From the NCBI GenBank assembly GCA_946546165.1, contig CAMNNX010000001.1, positions 25,716 through 89,715 of the forward strand: a stretch of 64,000 bases of DNA. The letters are read 5' to 3'. Every line of letters starts with the position of its first letter. The stretch's first letter is position 1. This stretch comes from an uncultured Prevotella sp. Its GTDB lineage: Bacteria > Bacteroidota > Bacteroidia > Bacteroidales > Bacteroidaceae. The position numbers and the translations under genes were made by a program. The notes beneath the pieces were generated by a model. It did no database searches, had not been told where the DNA came from, and worked only from the letters and a program-made list of their open reading frames with translations. This document shows, piece by piece, positions 1 through 10,700 of this stretch.

Positions 1-1775
1 ACTTTCTTGAATGCCTCGCTGAAGCCTCCCGATTTGTAGGTCTCGGTAGTGCGCTTGAGCACCTGCACCAGTTTCTTGGCATCGCGGTCGTTGTATTTAT
101 AGATGCCGCCGACATAGAACTGTCCGAGGCTGAAAGAATAGAGTTTCGGACGTCCTCCGTTGTCCTGGTTGATGTTGTATTGCTGGCAGAGGGCTGTCAG
201 CGGCGCAATGATGTTGCCGTACTGGGTCTTGAAGTGTTCGAGGGCTTTCTGGTCGCGCTCTTCCTCATTGCCGAGGGTGTCGGACTTGGTGACGATGATA
301 TTGATGGCCTCTACTTTCTTCAGTATGTCGCGGTTCTCAGGCTGTCGCAGCAGGTCGACCATGCGCTTGAGAATGACGCGCTGGTTGACATTCTTGCGGA
401 TCAGGTAACTGCCGTCCTGGTCCTCGACGAGGTGGTTGAAAGCCACCACGCGTGCCGTCGGGTCGACGATGATGAAGAACACCTTGCGGTTGTTGTTGCA
501 CAGTAGCCGGGTAGCGCCGTTGCCCATATCCTCGAACGAGATTTTGCCGTTCTCGTTGTCGGCAATCTTGAAGGCGAAGTCCTCGCCCGACATCTCCACG
601 AGATTGAGCAAGTGCTTCTTGTTGCCTTCCATAATCTCTGCCTCGATGGTGGCCACGAAGTCCTTGGGCGTCTGCCCGATAGTGAGACCGGCAGTGAGAT
701 ACTGGTCTAGGACGGTGGAGTAGGGTCCTCCAGCCCTGACGGTATCGATGTCGATGTCGGTACATCCGATGAGGCCCATCAGGATGCATGTCTTGCCCGT
801 TGAGGGTATGCCGAAGAGAAACACGTCGGTATGTCCGTCGGCACACACCTTGCGACATTTGGAAATCTCGGCATTGACGTCGGGCAGTCCGCCCTTGATG
901 CGCTCTATGTTCTTCAGGATGTCTATCGACTCTCTGGTAGCCACGCCCTTGTCGATGAGTTCGTCCTCGGTGAAGATGCCGTTGTCAAGGTAGTAGAGCA
1001 GGTTTTCGATGGGATAGTTGCCCTGCAGTTCTGTCATGCCTTGTATCTCGTCGGCCTTGAGCATCTGGAACAGTTCCTCTGCCTCGTCGCCGAAGGGGCT
1101 CAGCGGATGGGCTTTTATGTATTCGCGTGTGGCGATGAGGTCGTACTGCTGCTTGACGGCTTCCCACTCGTCGTAGGTCTGTTTGATCTCCTGTGCCTCA
1201 GTCTTGCAGGCTCCTGAGGGGAAGAATCCGAGATATCTGTTGGCTGCCTCGATGGCTTCGAACATCTGTTTGAGCAGGGTCCATACGCGGTTGTCTATTT
1301 CGTCGAAGTGACAGGTGTCTGGATATTTCGTCAGATGGGCCATCAGCGACTCCACGCTATCGTGGTCTACTGTTTGCCAGTCGCCTTCCTCGATGTCTTT
1401 CATCCTGGCCTTAATCTCGTCTTTGATGCGGTCGATGAGTGCTGGTGCCTCGTCGACATGGTTGTTCACCGGACGGTTGACTTCCCACTTGTCCTGATAG
1501 TTCTTGACGGCAGCGATATGGGAGCGCAGTTCATCGACGGAGGCCGTGCTGAGGTTGTGCGTAGCGTTGACGACGGCTCGCCAGTCGGCCTGTTCCTGCG
1601 GGTTGGGCCTTGAGTTGAGCATCGTGGCGATGGCTTGCTTGCGGTCTTCGCTGAGGGCAGAGAGGTCTTCGGGGAAACGTACGAATCCCTTGTCGATATA
1701 TTCTATCAGTTTGGCGATAGGCAGTTTATTGCATTGTGCATTCAGTTGTTGTATCTGTTGTTCTGAAAGTGCCAT
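1..1775 (-). CDS. TRAFAC-class GTPase-domain protein with N-terminal helical repeats (partial, runs off left edge)
   Basis: Not in the ORF track because it has no stop in the window. Hand translation from ATG 1775 gives MALSEQQIQQLNAQ...; G1 VFLFGIPSTGKT, G3-like LVEMSGE, FFIIVD, G4 IIVTKSD. The N-terminal half has repeats of the form L(T/G)xYPxxxHxxE / YIKAHPLSPFGDEA. Frame stays open to position 3. Confidence 0.85.
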   Translation of the reverse strand, partial: MALSEQQIQQLNAQCNKLPIAKLIEYIDKGFVRFPEDLSALSEDRKQAIATMLNSRPNPQEQADWRAVVNATHNLSTASVDELRSHIAAVKNYQDKWEVNRPVNNHVDEAPALIDRIKDEIKARMKDIEEGDWQTVDHDSVESLMAHLTKYPDTCHFDEIDNRVWTLLKQMFEAIEAANRYLGFFPSGACKTEAQEIKQTYDEWEAVKQQYDLIATREYIKAHPLSPFGDEAEELFQMLKADEIQGMTELQGNYPIENLLYYLDNGIFTEDELIDKGVATRESIDILKNIERIKGGLPDVNAEISKCRKVCADGHTDVFLFGIPSTGKTCILMGLIGCTDIDIDTVRAGGPYSTVLDQYLTAGLTIGQTPKDFVATIEAEIMEGNKKHLLNLVEMSGEDFAFKIADNENGKISFEDMGNGATRLLCNNNRKVFFIIVDPTARVVAFNHLVEDQDGSYLIRKNVNQRVILKRMVDLLRQPENRDILKKVEAINIIVTKSDTLGNEEERDQKALEHFKTQYGNIIAPLTALCQQYNINQDNGGRPKLYSFSLGQFYVGGIYKYNDRDAKKLVQVLKRTTETYKSGGFSEAFKK

Positions 1776-1799
1776 ATATCTGTTACGTTTGGTCGTTGA

Positions 1800-2765
1800 T
1801 TAAATGGACATGCCGCCATCGTTGACGTAGACGCTCTTTTGGGGACGCCGGCGTTTGGTGCGGTAGGCAATGAGATAGTTGAACAGTACCATGGCATGGA
1901 GCACGACGCAGAGGATAATGCCCACCACCGAGTAACTGCTCTTGTTGAAGAACGTGTCGGCAAAGGTGGCCTCGATGGGATACTGTCCGGCCTCGTGGGG
2001 CTTGTTGATCTCCGAGATGTCCTCCTCGTTCTTATAGATGACGGGGAAGGGCAGTGTGGCCGAGATCTCTTCCAGTTTGGCCGTCACCTGCGGGGCGAAG
2101 TCCTTCATGGCGTTGGCGGCCTCGGGTATCTTCATCACGCTCCAACTCTGTATCAGGTCGCCGTTACGGGTGAGCGCGTCCTCCCAGGCATCGCTGTAAC
2201 TGTTCTGTTCGTTGTCGGTGACGTTTTCTATCCTGTCCTGCCATTTCGCTTTGAAATTGCTGATGCTCTGGCTGTTCAGTTCGAAACCGTTCTGGTCGGC
2301 AAAGTCAAGCAGTTCCGGCGTGCTCTCGCCCAGTGCGGCCAGTTCCAGTCCTGTGACGGTGTTGGTCAGTGCGGCGTTCTCGTTACTCTTAAACAGTGCC
2401 ACGGCCTCGCGAATGCGGCCGATGTCCTCTGTGGCTTCAGCCTTCAGGTCGTCAGAGGTGCTGTAGATGGTGGCGAAGCGTGCCACCCTGTTGCTCGACA
2501 GCACGGCGCAGACGATATAGGCGACGAGCAGCAGCCCTTCGATGATTTTCCACTTGCCGGTGTCCGTTTCGGCGGTCTTGGCTTTGATGAGCAGGAAGAG
2601 CAGCAAGGAGAATCCTACTGCCCATGCTGCGGCTTTCAGGATGCTGATGCCCATTACGTCGCCGCCGTAGAGGTAACCCAGGAAGATGAACACTGCCAGC
2701 AGTACGATGCCGATAACGGCGATGATGTTGGCCAGCGAGATGCCGTTGCTTTTATTCTGTGCCAT
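1800..2765 (-). CDS. Hypothetical membrane protein (3 N-terminal TM helices, helical soluble region, 1 C-terminal TM)
   Basis: 321 aa ORF with hydrophobic segments IIAVIGIVLLAVFIFLGYLY, AAAWAVGFSLLLFLLI, IIEGLLLVAYIVCAVL, VVGIILCVVLHAMVLFNYLI; 24-31 bp gaps to its neighbours. Confidence 0.85.
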   Translation of the reverse strand: MAQNKSNGISLANIIAVIGIVLLAVFIFLGYLYGGDVMGISILKAAAWAVGFSLLLFLLIKAKTAETDTGKWKIIEGLLLVAYIVCAVLSSNRVARFATIYSTSDDLKAEATEDIGRIREAVALFKSNENAALTNTVTGLELAALGESTPELLDFADQNGFELNSQSISNFKAKWQDRIENVTDNEQNSYSDAWEDALTRNGDLIQSWSVMKIPEAANAMKDFAPQVTAKLEEISATLPFPVIYKNEEDISEINKPHEAGQYPIEATFADTFFNKSSYSVVGIILCVVLHAMVLFNYLIAYRTKRRRPQKSVYVNDGGMSI

Positions 2766-2796
2766 TGTTCTTTTACTTTATATTATAAATAAGGTG

Positions 2797-4797
2797 TTAG
2801 TCGTCTGCGCGCTGGTTGACCTTGCGCAGGTAGTAGGGCTGAGCCTGGCCGAACTGTGACTCGTGGTAGCACTGCACCAACTGCTGTTCGTCGGGCGTGC
2901 AGAAATAGGTGGCCACGACATACTTGTTGTCAGCCTCCGGGCAGGTGGCTTTCTCTGTCTGTGTGAGTACTATCTTGTCTTGTTTCCACTGGATGCTGAG
3001 TGGAGCAGTGAAGTCTTTTTTCACCGACTGCTCATAGTAGATGACCTGTCCGGCCGACTCGGAGTCAACTTGGAAATAGAGTCTGATGTACTCGCCCGTG
3101 GGCTGTCCTGCATTGGTCTTCTGCAGCAGTTGCGTGCTCATCCACAGTCCCTCAAAGCGGCTGTGGTCGCTCATCAGGTCGTCCATGCTGACGAAGTTCT
3201 CTTTCACCTTCAGCAGTGCATCCTTGATCTGCAGCAGTTTGCCTATCTCGGGGTTGCTGTCGATGGGCTTGCCGGTGTCGCGCAGAATCTGGATGATTTC
3301 GGCTGTGCTCAGGGTGGGGTCGATGCTCTTCATCAGTGCCACGGCACCGGTCACGATGGGTGCGGCGAAACTGGTGCCTGCTCCCCAGTCCAGGGGGATA
3401 TAGTCGTTGTAGGGACAGGCACCGAAGATGTTTACGCCGGGTGCCGAGATGGTCGACTCGGCGATGTTCTGGTCGGCAAAGTTGCCGTAGTTGCTGAAGT
3501 CGGCACGTTTCAGTTCGGTGTCTACGGCCGACACCTTGATGGAGCGGTCGCCGCGTTTGCTGGGGTCGAGGGCGGTGAAGAGGGCATCGTTGCCGGCGGC
3601 CCACACCACGGTGACGTTGCGGGCGTTGGCCAGGTCGAAGGCATAGTCCCACACAGCCTCTTCCTCCTTGCGCCATTGCTGGCTCATGGCTATCTGCTCC
3701 TCAGGCGACATCTGGTAGATGGGACATCCCTGCGGATAGGCGTCGCCTGCCGATATGTTCACCACGTTGGCTCCGTGGTAGATGGCGTAGAGCAGCCCCT
3801 GCAGCAGTGTCATCGACGTGAACTGGTGTCCGGCAGCGATGGGCATAAACTTACAGTTGGGTGCTATGCCTGCCGTGCCTCGCTGGTTGTCCATGTTTCC
3901 CAGTGTTGTGCAGGCTACGAGTGAACCGTGGCGGAAGGGCGCCTCAGCACAACCCTCGTCCGGGGGTGCCACGTTGCCAGTACGGCGCGGCACACAGAAA
4001 GGGTTGACGATGCGGTCGCTGTTCAGTTCGTCGTGGTTCAGGTCAAAGTAACTGTCGATGATGGCCACGGTCACCTGATTGCTGCCCTTCGTAATCTCCC
4101 AAGCCTCGTAAGCCTGTATGGGTTCGAAGTGCCATGTGTAGTCGGGGTGAGCGAAGGCCGGGTCATTGGGGCGGTCGGTCTGGAAACTGCCCATCACGCT
4201 CTCGGGGAACACCAGAAAACGGATGTCGCTGATCTTCTGCGGCAGTTCTTGCATCACCTGCTGGCACTCCTCCTGCGGCACCTGTATCTGCAGCGTCTTG
4301 GTCAGCGGGTCGTAGGTCAGTATCTTGTATTCCTCGCCCGGGTAGTTCTGCTTGAACGCGTCGGCCCACTGGTTGAAGGTGTCGTCGTTGCACTGCGAGT
4401 CGAGCATCACGTTCAGACGGTCGCCTACGGTCTGGTGGCCCACGCTGTCTTCCACTATCTCGTCGTCGGTGTACGGCGGCAGGAAGTTCTCGTCGGGGCT
4501 GGGCAGGTTCTCGCTGGGGTTGTCTATGTTGCGCGGAATGTCAATCAGCGTGTCCACTGGCACCCGCTCCTGCGGGGGTCCCACAGGATTGACGATGTCG
4601 TCGGGCACCGGCTCGGGCGGTGTCAGCCGGGGTGCGGAGCAACTGCACATCTTGAACATACTGAGCAGGAACATCAGTACAAAGAGGAGAACCAGGAACA
4701 GCAGCAGCCGTCCCAAACATCCCATACAGCCCCATGGTTTCCAGAAGGGCTCGTTAGCGCCGGCGGCACCTTTCGGGCCGAAAAAGATTTTCTTCAT
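2797..4797 (-). CDS. Membrane-anchored S8 (subtilisin-like) serine peptidase with Cys-containing SrfA-like C-terminal domain
   Basis: Catalytic motifs VAIIDS (Asp), RHGSLVA (His), AAGND (oxyanion Asn), GTSFAAP (Ser); N-terminal TM helix, Pro-rich linker and propeptide-like region. Confidence 0.9.
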   Translation of the reverse strand: MKKIFFGPKGAAGANEPFWKPWGCMGCLGRLLLFLVLLFVLMFLLSMFKMCSCSAPRLTPPEPVPDDIVNPVGPPQERVPVDTLIDIPRNIDNPSENLPSPDENFLPPYTDDEIVEDSVGHQTVGDRLNVMLDSQCNDDTFNQWADAFKQNYPGEEYKILTYDPLTKTLQIQVPQEECQQVMQELPQKISDIRFLVFPESVMGSFQTDRPNDPAFAHPDYTWHFEPIQAYEAWEITKGSNQVTVAIIDSYFDLNHDELNSDRIVNPFCVPRRTGNVAPPDEGCAEAPFRHGSLVACTTLGNMDNQRGTAGIAPNCKFMPIAAGHQFTSMTLLQGLLYAIYHGANVVNISAGDAYPQGCPIYQMSPEEQIAMSQQWRKEEEAVWDYAFDLANARNVTVVWAAGNDALFTALDPSKRGDRSIKVSAVDTELKRADFSNYGNFADQNIAESTISAPGVNIFGACPYNDYIPLDWGAGTSFAAPIVTGAVALMKSIDPTLSTAEIIQILRDTGKPIDSNPEIGKLLQIKDALLKVKENFVSMDDLMSDHSRFEGLWMSTQLLQKTNAGQPTGEYIRLYFQVDSESAGQVIYYEQSVKKDFTAPLSIQWKQDKIVLTQTEKATCPEADNKYVVATYFCTPDEQQLVQCYHESQFGQAQPYYLRKVNQRADD

Positions 4798-4801
4798 GGT
4801 C

Positions 4802-7675
4802 TTATGTCAGTTCGTTTAATATTTTCGTGAGTTGTTCGTTGGCCTCATGGTCGTAGTCGGGAATGTTCAGGTGTGTGATGAACGACACGAACATATACTC
4901 CAGCCACGAGTAGTAGTTGTTCTCGAAGGCGGTGGTCATGGCCTTGGGGTTCGAGGTCAGTTCGTCGAACATGGCGGTCAGTTCCTCCTCCTCGAAGGTC
5001 GACGGGCGTTCCTTCTCGATGTAGTTGAACGTGGGCAGGTGACGTTTGTCGGCTATCTGGCGTGCCTTGTCCACCTCGCCGGCCTCCAGCAAGTGGTAGC
5101 CCAGGTCGATGACGAATGCGTTGATAGTGCTGGCCAGGATGTCGGCAATGAGGCTCTCGTTGATGGTGAACACCGAGACCACGTTGACATATTCGGCGAT
5201 GGTCTCACCCAGACGTTCCTCCAGACGCAGGCTCTTGCTGGTGTCCACGATGCCGTTCACCAGGTCGGCCATCACGTCCTTGTCGAACTTGTGGTTGTTG
5301 GTCATCTCGTTCATGAACTCCGGCGACTGTATCTGGTTTTCCCACAGGTTGTACACCTTCTCGGCGATGATCACCGAGTTGAGTTTCTCCTTGAAGTTGC
5401 CGTTGAACAGCCGTTTGTAGTCTACGTTGCGTTTCAGCAGGAAGGCTTCCGCATCCTCCTGGCTGTCCAGGGCGTAGACGTCCATCAGCACTTGCCAGCG
5501 TTCGGCGTCGTTGGTGCAGGCCTTCAACATGTCTCCGCAGCGCTTGGTGATGATCTCGTAGTTGGTGGTGTCGTGGATCTTCTTGCTCAGTTCGCCGCTC
5601 TGTATCAGGTCGTGGATCACCTGCAGGCTCTTGGTCTCGGTGAGTTGCAGCGACTGGATGAGGTGTCCGAAGAAGTAACTGTCCTCGTTGCAGGTGAAGT
5701 CCATCTCGCGGATGATCGAGTTGGCCTTGCGGATGTTCTTCTTCAGTTGCTCGTCGGCATTCTCCGAGACGTGGTATTCCTTCATCAGTGTATAGACGCG
5801 GGAGATGTTCTTGCGTATGATGTCCTGAAACTGCTGCTCGCGGGCCTTGTCCATGCGCTTGGCCACCTTGTCCAGGTTCTGCATCACCCAGAGCGTGCCG
5901 TCGTTGTTCATCGAGGCGGCGACATCCCACGACAGGGCGGGGTCGGCGCAGTACTGCCTGACATACTCGTCCTCGATGAAGGTCTTGCGCATCATCTGGT
6001 AGTATTCCTCGCTCATGATGAGTTCCTGTTCGCGGCCGGTCTCCTGGAATCCCTGATACAGTCCGGCCTTCGGTCCAGAGAACTTATAGTCGCGCAGCAT
6101 GTAACTGTTCTGGAAGTTCTCGCCCTCGCGGGTCCAGTTCTTCAGCCAATCCACATTTTCTCGGCGGAAGCACTGACCGTTCATCACTGTATCGAAGCGG
6201 CCCTTCCAGCGCTGGTGGATGCTAGGTTCGGTGGGGATGGTCTTCTCCACGCCCTGCTGCATGTCGAGGTTGAACATCGTGCCGATGTAGAACAGGGGCG
6301 ACACTTCTGTCGTTTCCAGTTTGCGGCGGCGCTCCTCGGGTGTGGCGCCCACGTAGGTGTTGACCCATTCCTCCACCAATTTAAATAAGTAAGAGACATC
6401 GTTGTCCTTGTTGTGGTGGCTGTAGAGCAGGATGTTGATGCCTAGTTCCTCGTTGAACTTATTGAAGAGGTAGGCCACCTTTCCGCGCAGGAAGCAGTTG
6501 AGTAGTGTGCCCTTGTCGCTGACGCTTTCCTCTTTGAGTTCCAGTCGCGAGCGTGCGCCGGGGAAGTCCAGCAGGTCGTTGTCGCGCAGCATCTCCATCT
6601 CGATATCGTCGTGTGTAAGCCGCTGCGCCACGTCGGGGGCGATGTGCGAGAAGTCGTAGCGGCTCTTGCTGGCTAGGAAACTCTCTTCGATCTTGAAGAT
6701 GACCTCCGAGCAGATGGCGCAGATGCCGCTCTTGGAGAATCCCGTGGCACGCTTGACGAACTGTCCGCCCTCCTGCAGGTAGACATCGGTGGTGAAGGCC
6801 TGTCTGTCGTCCAGTATCTGGTTTAGACACTGCACACTCATGATGGTGTCCTCCTTCACGCCGTGGTGCAGCACCGAGTCGATGGGCAGATAGATGTTTT
6901 GGGCGAAATCGAAGGTGCGCAGGATGTCGTAAAGCACGTTGTAGAGGTTGGTCACGTTCGGGTTCTTATACCACAGGTTGCTGAAGATGTTGACATACTC
7001 CGATGTCGGCACACGGTCGATGACGAGGGCCACACGGTCGAAGAAGGCCGACCGGTTGATGCTCTGAGCCTCGGTGTTGTGCTTCTTGAAGTAGTCCTTC
7101 ATGTAGAGCACATCGTCAGCGCCGATAACGGGGTTGGCTATCACCGGCTTTGCACGGTAGGTCTCCGTGATGCTGTCGCAGAGCATTTCCACTTCGCGGT
7201 CGCTGTGTGACGAGCGTTCGGTGATGTCGTGATAGTAACTGTCGGCCAGGATGAGGATGACATCGGTCAGCGAGAACGTGTTCACCATGACCGGCAGTTC
7301 GCGCGAGTAGGCCGAGGGCCTGCGCTTGAACGATGAGAAGCGGCTCACCACGCCCGTCGACTCGCGACCGCCGCCCTCTTCGCTGGGCGGGTTGATGTCC
7401 TTCACGAAGTTGTATTCCCCGTCGCCGGCCTTTACCATGAAGGGCTTGCCGTTGTCCTGCAGCAGACAACTGATGAGGTACGACTTGCCCACCTGACTCT
7501 TGCCGAAGGCGGCGATGCCGGGGTTGTTGATGGCCGCGCGCATCACCTTCTTCAGTTCCTTGCGGCACTCTATCAGGGGGATGAACTTCTGGTCGTACTG
7601 TTCAGGCTTGTTCTTGCGTACCCATGCCAGCGACTTGTTGATGGCCTCTATCTGATTGCTAATCTCTTGTATCAT
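4802..7675 (-). CDS. srfC: SrfC-family virulence factor-like protein (P-loop GTPase-like N-terminus, long helical C-terminus)
   Basis: AFGKSQVGKSYL Walker A, ESTGVVSRFS, DLLDFPGARSR and FLRGKVAYLF are typical of the SrfC family; immediately downstream of srfB. Confidence 0.85.
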   Translation of the reverse strand: MIQEISNQIEAINKSLAWVRKNKPEQYDQKFIPLIECRKELKKVMRAAINNPGIAAFGKSQVGKSYLISCLLQDNGKPFMVKAGDGEYNFVKDINPPSEEGGGRESTGVVSRFSSFKRRPSAYSRELPVMVNTFSLTDVILILADSYYHDITERSSHSDREVEMLCDSITETYRAKPVIANPVIGADDVLYMKDYFKKHNTEAQSINRSAFFDRVALVIDRVPTSEYVNIFSNLWYKNPNVTNLYNVLYDILRTFDFAQNIYLPIDSVLHHGVKEDTIMSVQCLNQILDDRQAFTTDVYLQEGGQFVKRATGFSKSGICAICSEVIFKIEESFLASKSRYDFSHIAPDVAQRLTHDDIEMEMLRDNDLLDFPGARSRLELKEESVSDKGTLLNCFLRGKVAYLFNKFNEELGINILLYSHHNKDNDVSYLFKLVEEWVNTYVGATPEERRRKLETTEVSPLFYIGTMFNLDMQQGVEKTIPTEPSIHQRWKGRFDTVMNGQCFRRENVDWLKNWTREGENFQNSYMLRDYKFSGPKAGLYQGFQETGREQELIMSEEYYQMMRKTFIEDEYVRQYCADPALSWDVAASMNNDGTLWVMQNLDKVAKRMDKAREQQFQDIIRKNISRVYTLMKEYHVSENADEQLKKNIRKANSIIREMDFTCNEDSYFFGHLIQSLQLTETKSLQVIHDLIQSGELSKKIHDTTNYEIITKRCGDMLKACTNDAERWQVLMDVYALDSQEDAEAFLLKRNVDYKRLFNGNFKEKLNSVIIAEKVYNLWENQIQSPEFMNEMTNNHKFDKDVMADLVNGIVDTSKSLRLEERLGETIAEYVNVVSVFTINESLIADILASTINAFVIDLGYHLLEAGEVDKARQIADKRHLPTFNYIEKERPSTFEEEELTAMFDELTSNPKAMTTAFENNYYSWLEYMFVSFITHLNIPDYDHEANEQLTKILNELT

Positions 7676-7744
7676 AGTAAATTGTCTTTTCTAAACGTCT
7701 TTTACTCCAGTAACTTCCTGCTTACTTTAACTCCCTTCTGGAAG

Positions 7745-10700
7745 TCATTTCACCGATAGTTCGAATTCTCCCTTGTCCAGCCAGTACTGTCCGTCGTCCA
7801 CGAGCGACTGTAGCACCAGTTCCACCTCGCGCTTGGGCAGGGTGTTGCCCTCTTCGTCCATGGCCTCTTCGATGACCAGGTCCTCGCGGCTCTCATAGTA
7901 GTTGCGCGACAGTGTGATGCGCAGCGAGGGGTGCGACGAGTTGTTGTAGATGGCGTACAGCGGCCGTGCCTGATAGAGGGGCGAGTTGAACTGTTTGCAG
8001 CCGATGAAGGCGGGGAAGACGGCGATGTCGATGGTGGCCGAGCCGTTGGTGGGCGTGAGGAAGGCCGTCGGCACCTGCTGGCGGCGTGCGTTGTAGTTGC
8101 CCATATAGCAGGCCGTCGACTTCATGTTCTTGATCATGCGGCTGAAGTCGATGCTCATGCCGTTGAAACCCTGGTTGGCAGCCAGGTAGCCCACCATGCC
8201 ACCCACGGCGACCACCGACTTCTGGTCGTAGAAATAGCCCTGTCCGTCGGCGAAGGGATACCAGGTGCCCACGCGGTAGTCGTTCAGACGGATCAAGCGG
8301 TCGGGGGCGATGGGTATGTACTTGATGAACAGTTCGGTGATGGCGTCGAGCGACGAGGGGCGTCCGGCCAGGATGAGCACGTCGCAGTGGTAGGCGTAGA
8401 GCACCACCGACAGTTGTTTCATCAGCGGCTCCAGCGTGTTCTTCACGATGGTGGCCACCTCTTGCGGGTCAAAGCGCCAGTTCAGTTCGGTGAACGAAAA
8501 ACCGAAATGCTGCTCAAAATAGTCGAGCAGATAGTCGGCGGGCTTCAGTTTGCCGAACAGGTCGTCGAAGGTGAAGGTGCGCAGCGGCCGTTTCAGGCGC
8601 AGTTGCTCCATGAAGTGCTGAGCGATGGGTACGGAGATCTGTGTGTTGAAGTCTACGCGGCAGCGGCGGTCGCGGTGGGTCATCATCGAACTGTCGAAGC
8701 CGAAGAAGTCGCGCAGCAGGTTCGAGGCGAAGGCCTTCAGCAGGGTCGTGCGGCGCTCGGGGTTGTCCTTTTCGATGACGATGTCGTACACCTTGCCCCT
8801 GTACACCTGGTTGTCCTTCAGGCAGGGCAGCATCTGCAGTTCGTCGTCGCTCATGTTCTTCAGACGGGCATAGAGCGCACTGTAGATGTTGCCCAGGTTG
8901 GGATTGTCGTGCGGCTTGCCCTCGATCACCAGGTTCTGTATGAGGTTGTGCAGTATCTCGTCGCCGGCCAGGTAGAAACTGTCCCAGTAGAGCGGGGTGG
9001 GGGTCAGTTTGCTGCGGCCCTCGCCCTGGTACTGGTAGGAGCAGATCATCACGTCGGTGGTGCCGGCACCGATGTCTATCGAGCCGATGGTCAGGCTCTT
9101 GCCCTCGTAGCCCTCAGCCTTCTCCTCGGGGCGTACGTGGCCCTTCAGTTTGAAGAACTTGTCTATCTCGCCGTCGTAGCGCTGGGCTATCTCGGCGTAG
9201 AGGTACACCAGTTGGCAGCACGAAGCCTCGTCGTAACTCCACATGCGGGCCTTCGAGTCCATATCGTCGTCTTTGACGCGCAGCGATGCCGAGGTGGGTA
9301 TCACCTTGGGTGTGTCGAAGCCGGGCGTGCAGTGGTGCAGGGCGGCAATGGCATCCTCGGCGCAGTGGCGCAGTTTCTCCTGCTCCTGCTGCGGCATGGC
9401 CGTGGGACAGGTGATGATGATGTTGCGCAGCACGCGCTTGCAGTCCAGGTTGCCGTGCTTGGTGCGGAACTTGATGCCGTTGATCTGAGTGTTGGCCTGC
9501 TGAAGTATCTCGATGAGCACGAACGTCATCAGTGCCGACCGCGAGTAGTTGCCGCCGTCGGGATTGGCGTCGGTGCCGTCGGGGCCGATGTAGTTGCCGG
9601 CATGGTCGAAGAGGTCCGACAGGCCGGAGATGTAGACATTGTCGGCCAGGCGCACGTTGCTCGGGTCGTCGACGGTGGTCAGGAATTCCCAGCGGCCGTC
9701 GTAGGGCTTCAAGTCCCACAGGTAGCGCTTCGGACTGGAGTAGTTGGTGGTCTTCTCGCTCAGTCCGTCCTCTTCCAGCGAACGGTATACCAGACGTTTG
9801 GCCTCGTCGCCGATGCGCACCAGGCTCTTCCACTCGAAGGTGCCGTCGTCCAGCACAATGGCGTTGCCGAAGTCGGCCTTGCGGAAGGCCAGTCGCATGT
9901 CGTACGACTTCTCGTAGGTGACCGACGGGTCCGACAGGTCTCGCACCTCCAGCATGCAGGCCTTGGTGAAGTCGCCCTCTTCGAACAGCACGCCGCAGGT
10001 GCGTGAGTTGCCGATGTCGAGCACCAGGTCTACGTCGACCGTTTTGCGCTGGTTGTTGTGCAGTGTTATCTCGGGGGCGGCCCCGATGTTGCGCAAAAAG
10101 TTCACCAGATAGATGAAATAGCCGATATACTTGCGCGACTCGGTGCGGTTGTGCTGACCCATGAGCGACGAGAAATAGTCGGCGAAGGCCGAGAAATAGT
10201 CGCTCACTGACATGAAGTCGAGCAGTTCGTCGGCGCGGTTGCACAGGCAGAACTCCTTCTGGTCTTCCTCGTCGTCGTAGAAGAAGGGCTGCTTGTAGTG
10301 TACCAGCGACTCGTCCATGTCGTCGCTGAAGTAGATGGTGTTCGATGTCGATGCGTCGATGTCCATGTTGCCCAGTGTGGTGTCGAATGCCCAGATGAAG
10401 CGGTAGCGGTTGCTGCCTTTCTTCTGACCGGGGCCTATGCAGTCGATGCGCACGCGGCACCAGGTGAAGGGGTCGCCGGCGGTCACGCCGTCCACCTCTT
10501 TCTCAAACATCGGCATGGGCAGCCACTTGCCCAGCAGCAGGTCGAAGGCCTGGCAGATTTGGCCGTTCTGGTCTTTCACGCGATAGCCGGCCAGCGAGTT
10601 GATGTTGAAAATCTCGCTATCACCGTCGTGGTAGGATGAGAACAGGGCTGTCGACTCGTCTTTCTTCATCCGCATCATGCCGGCATCGTCCAGTTCCTCG

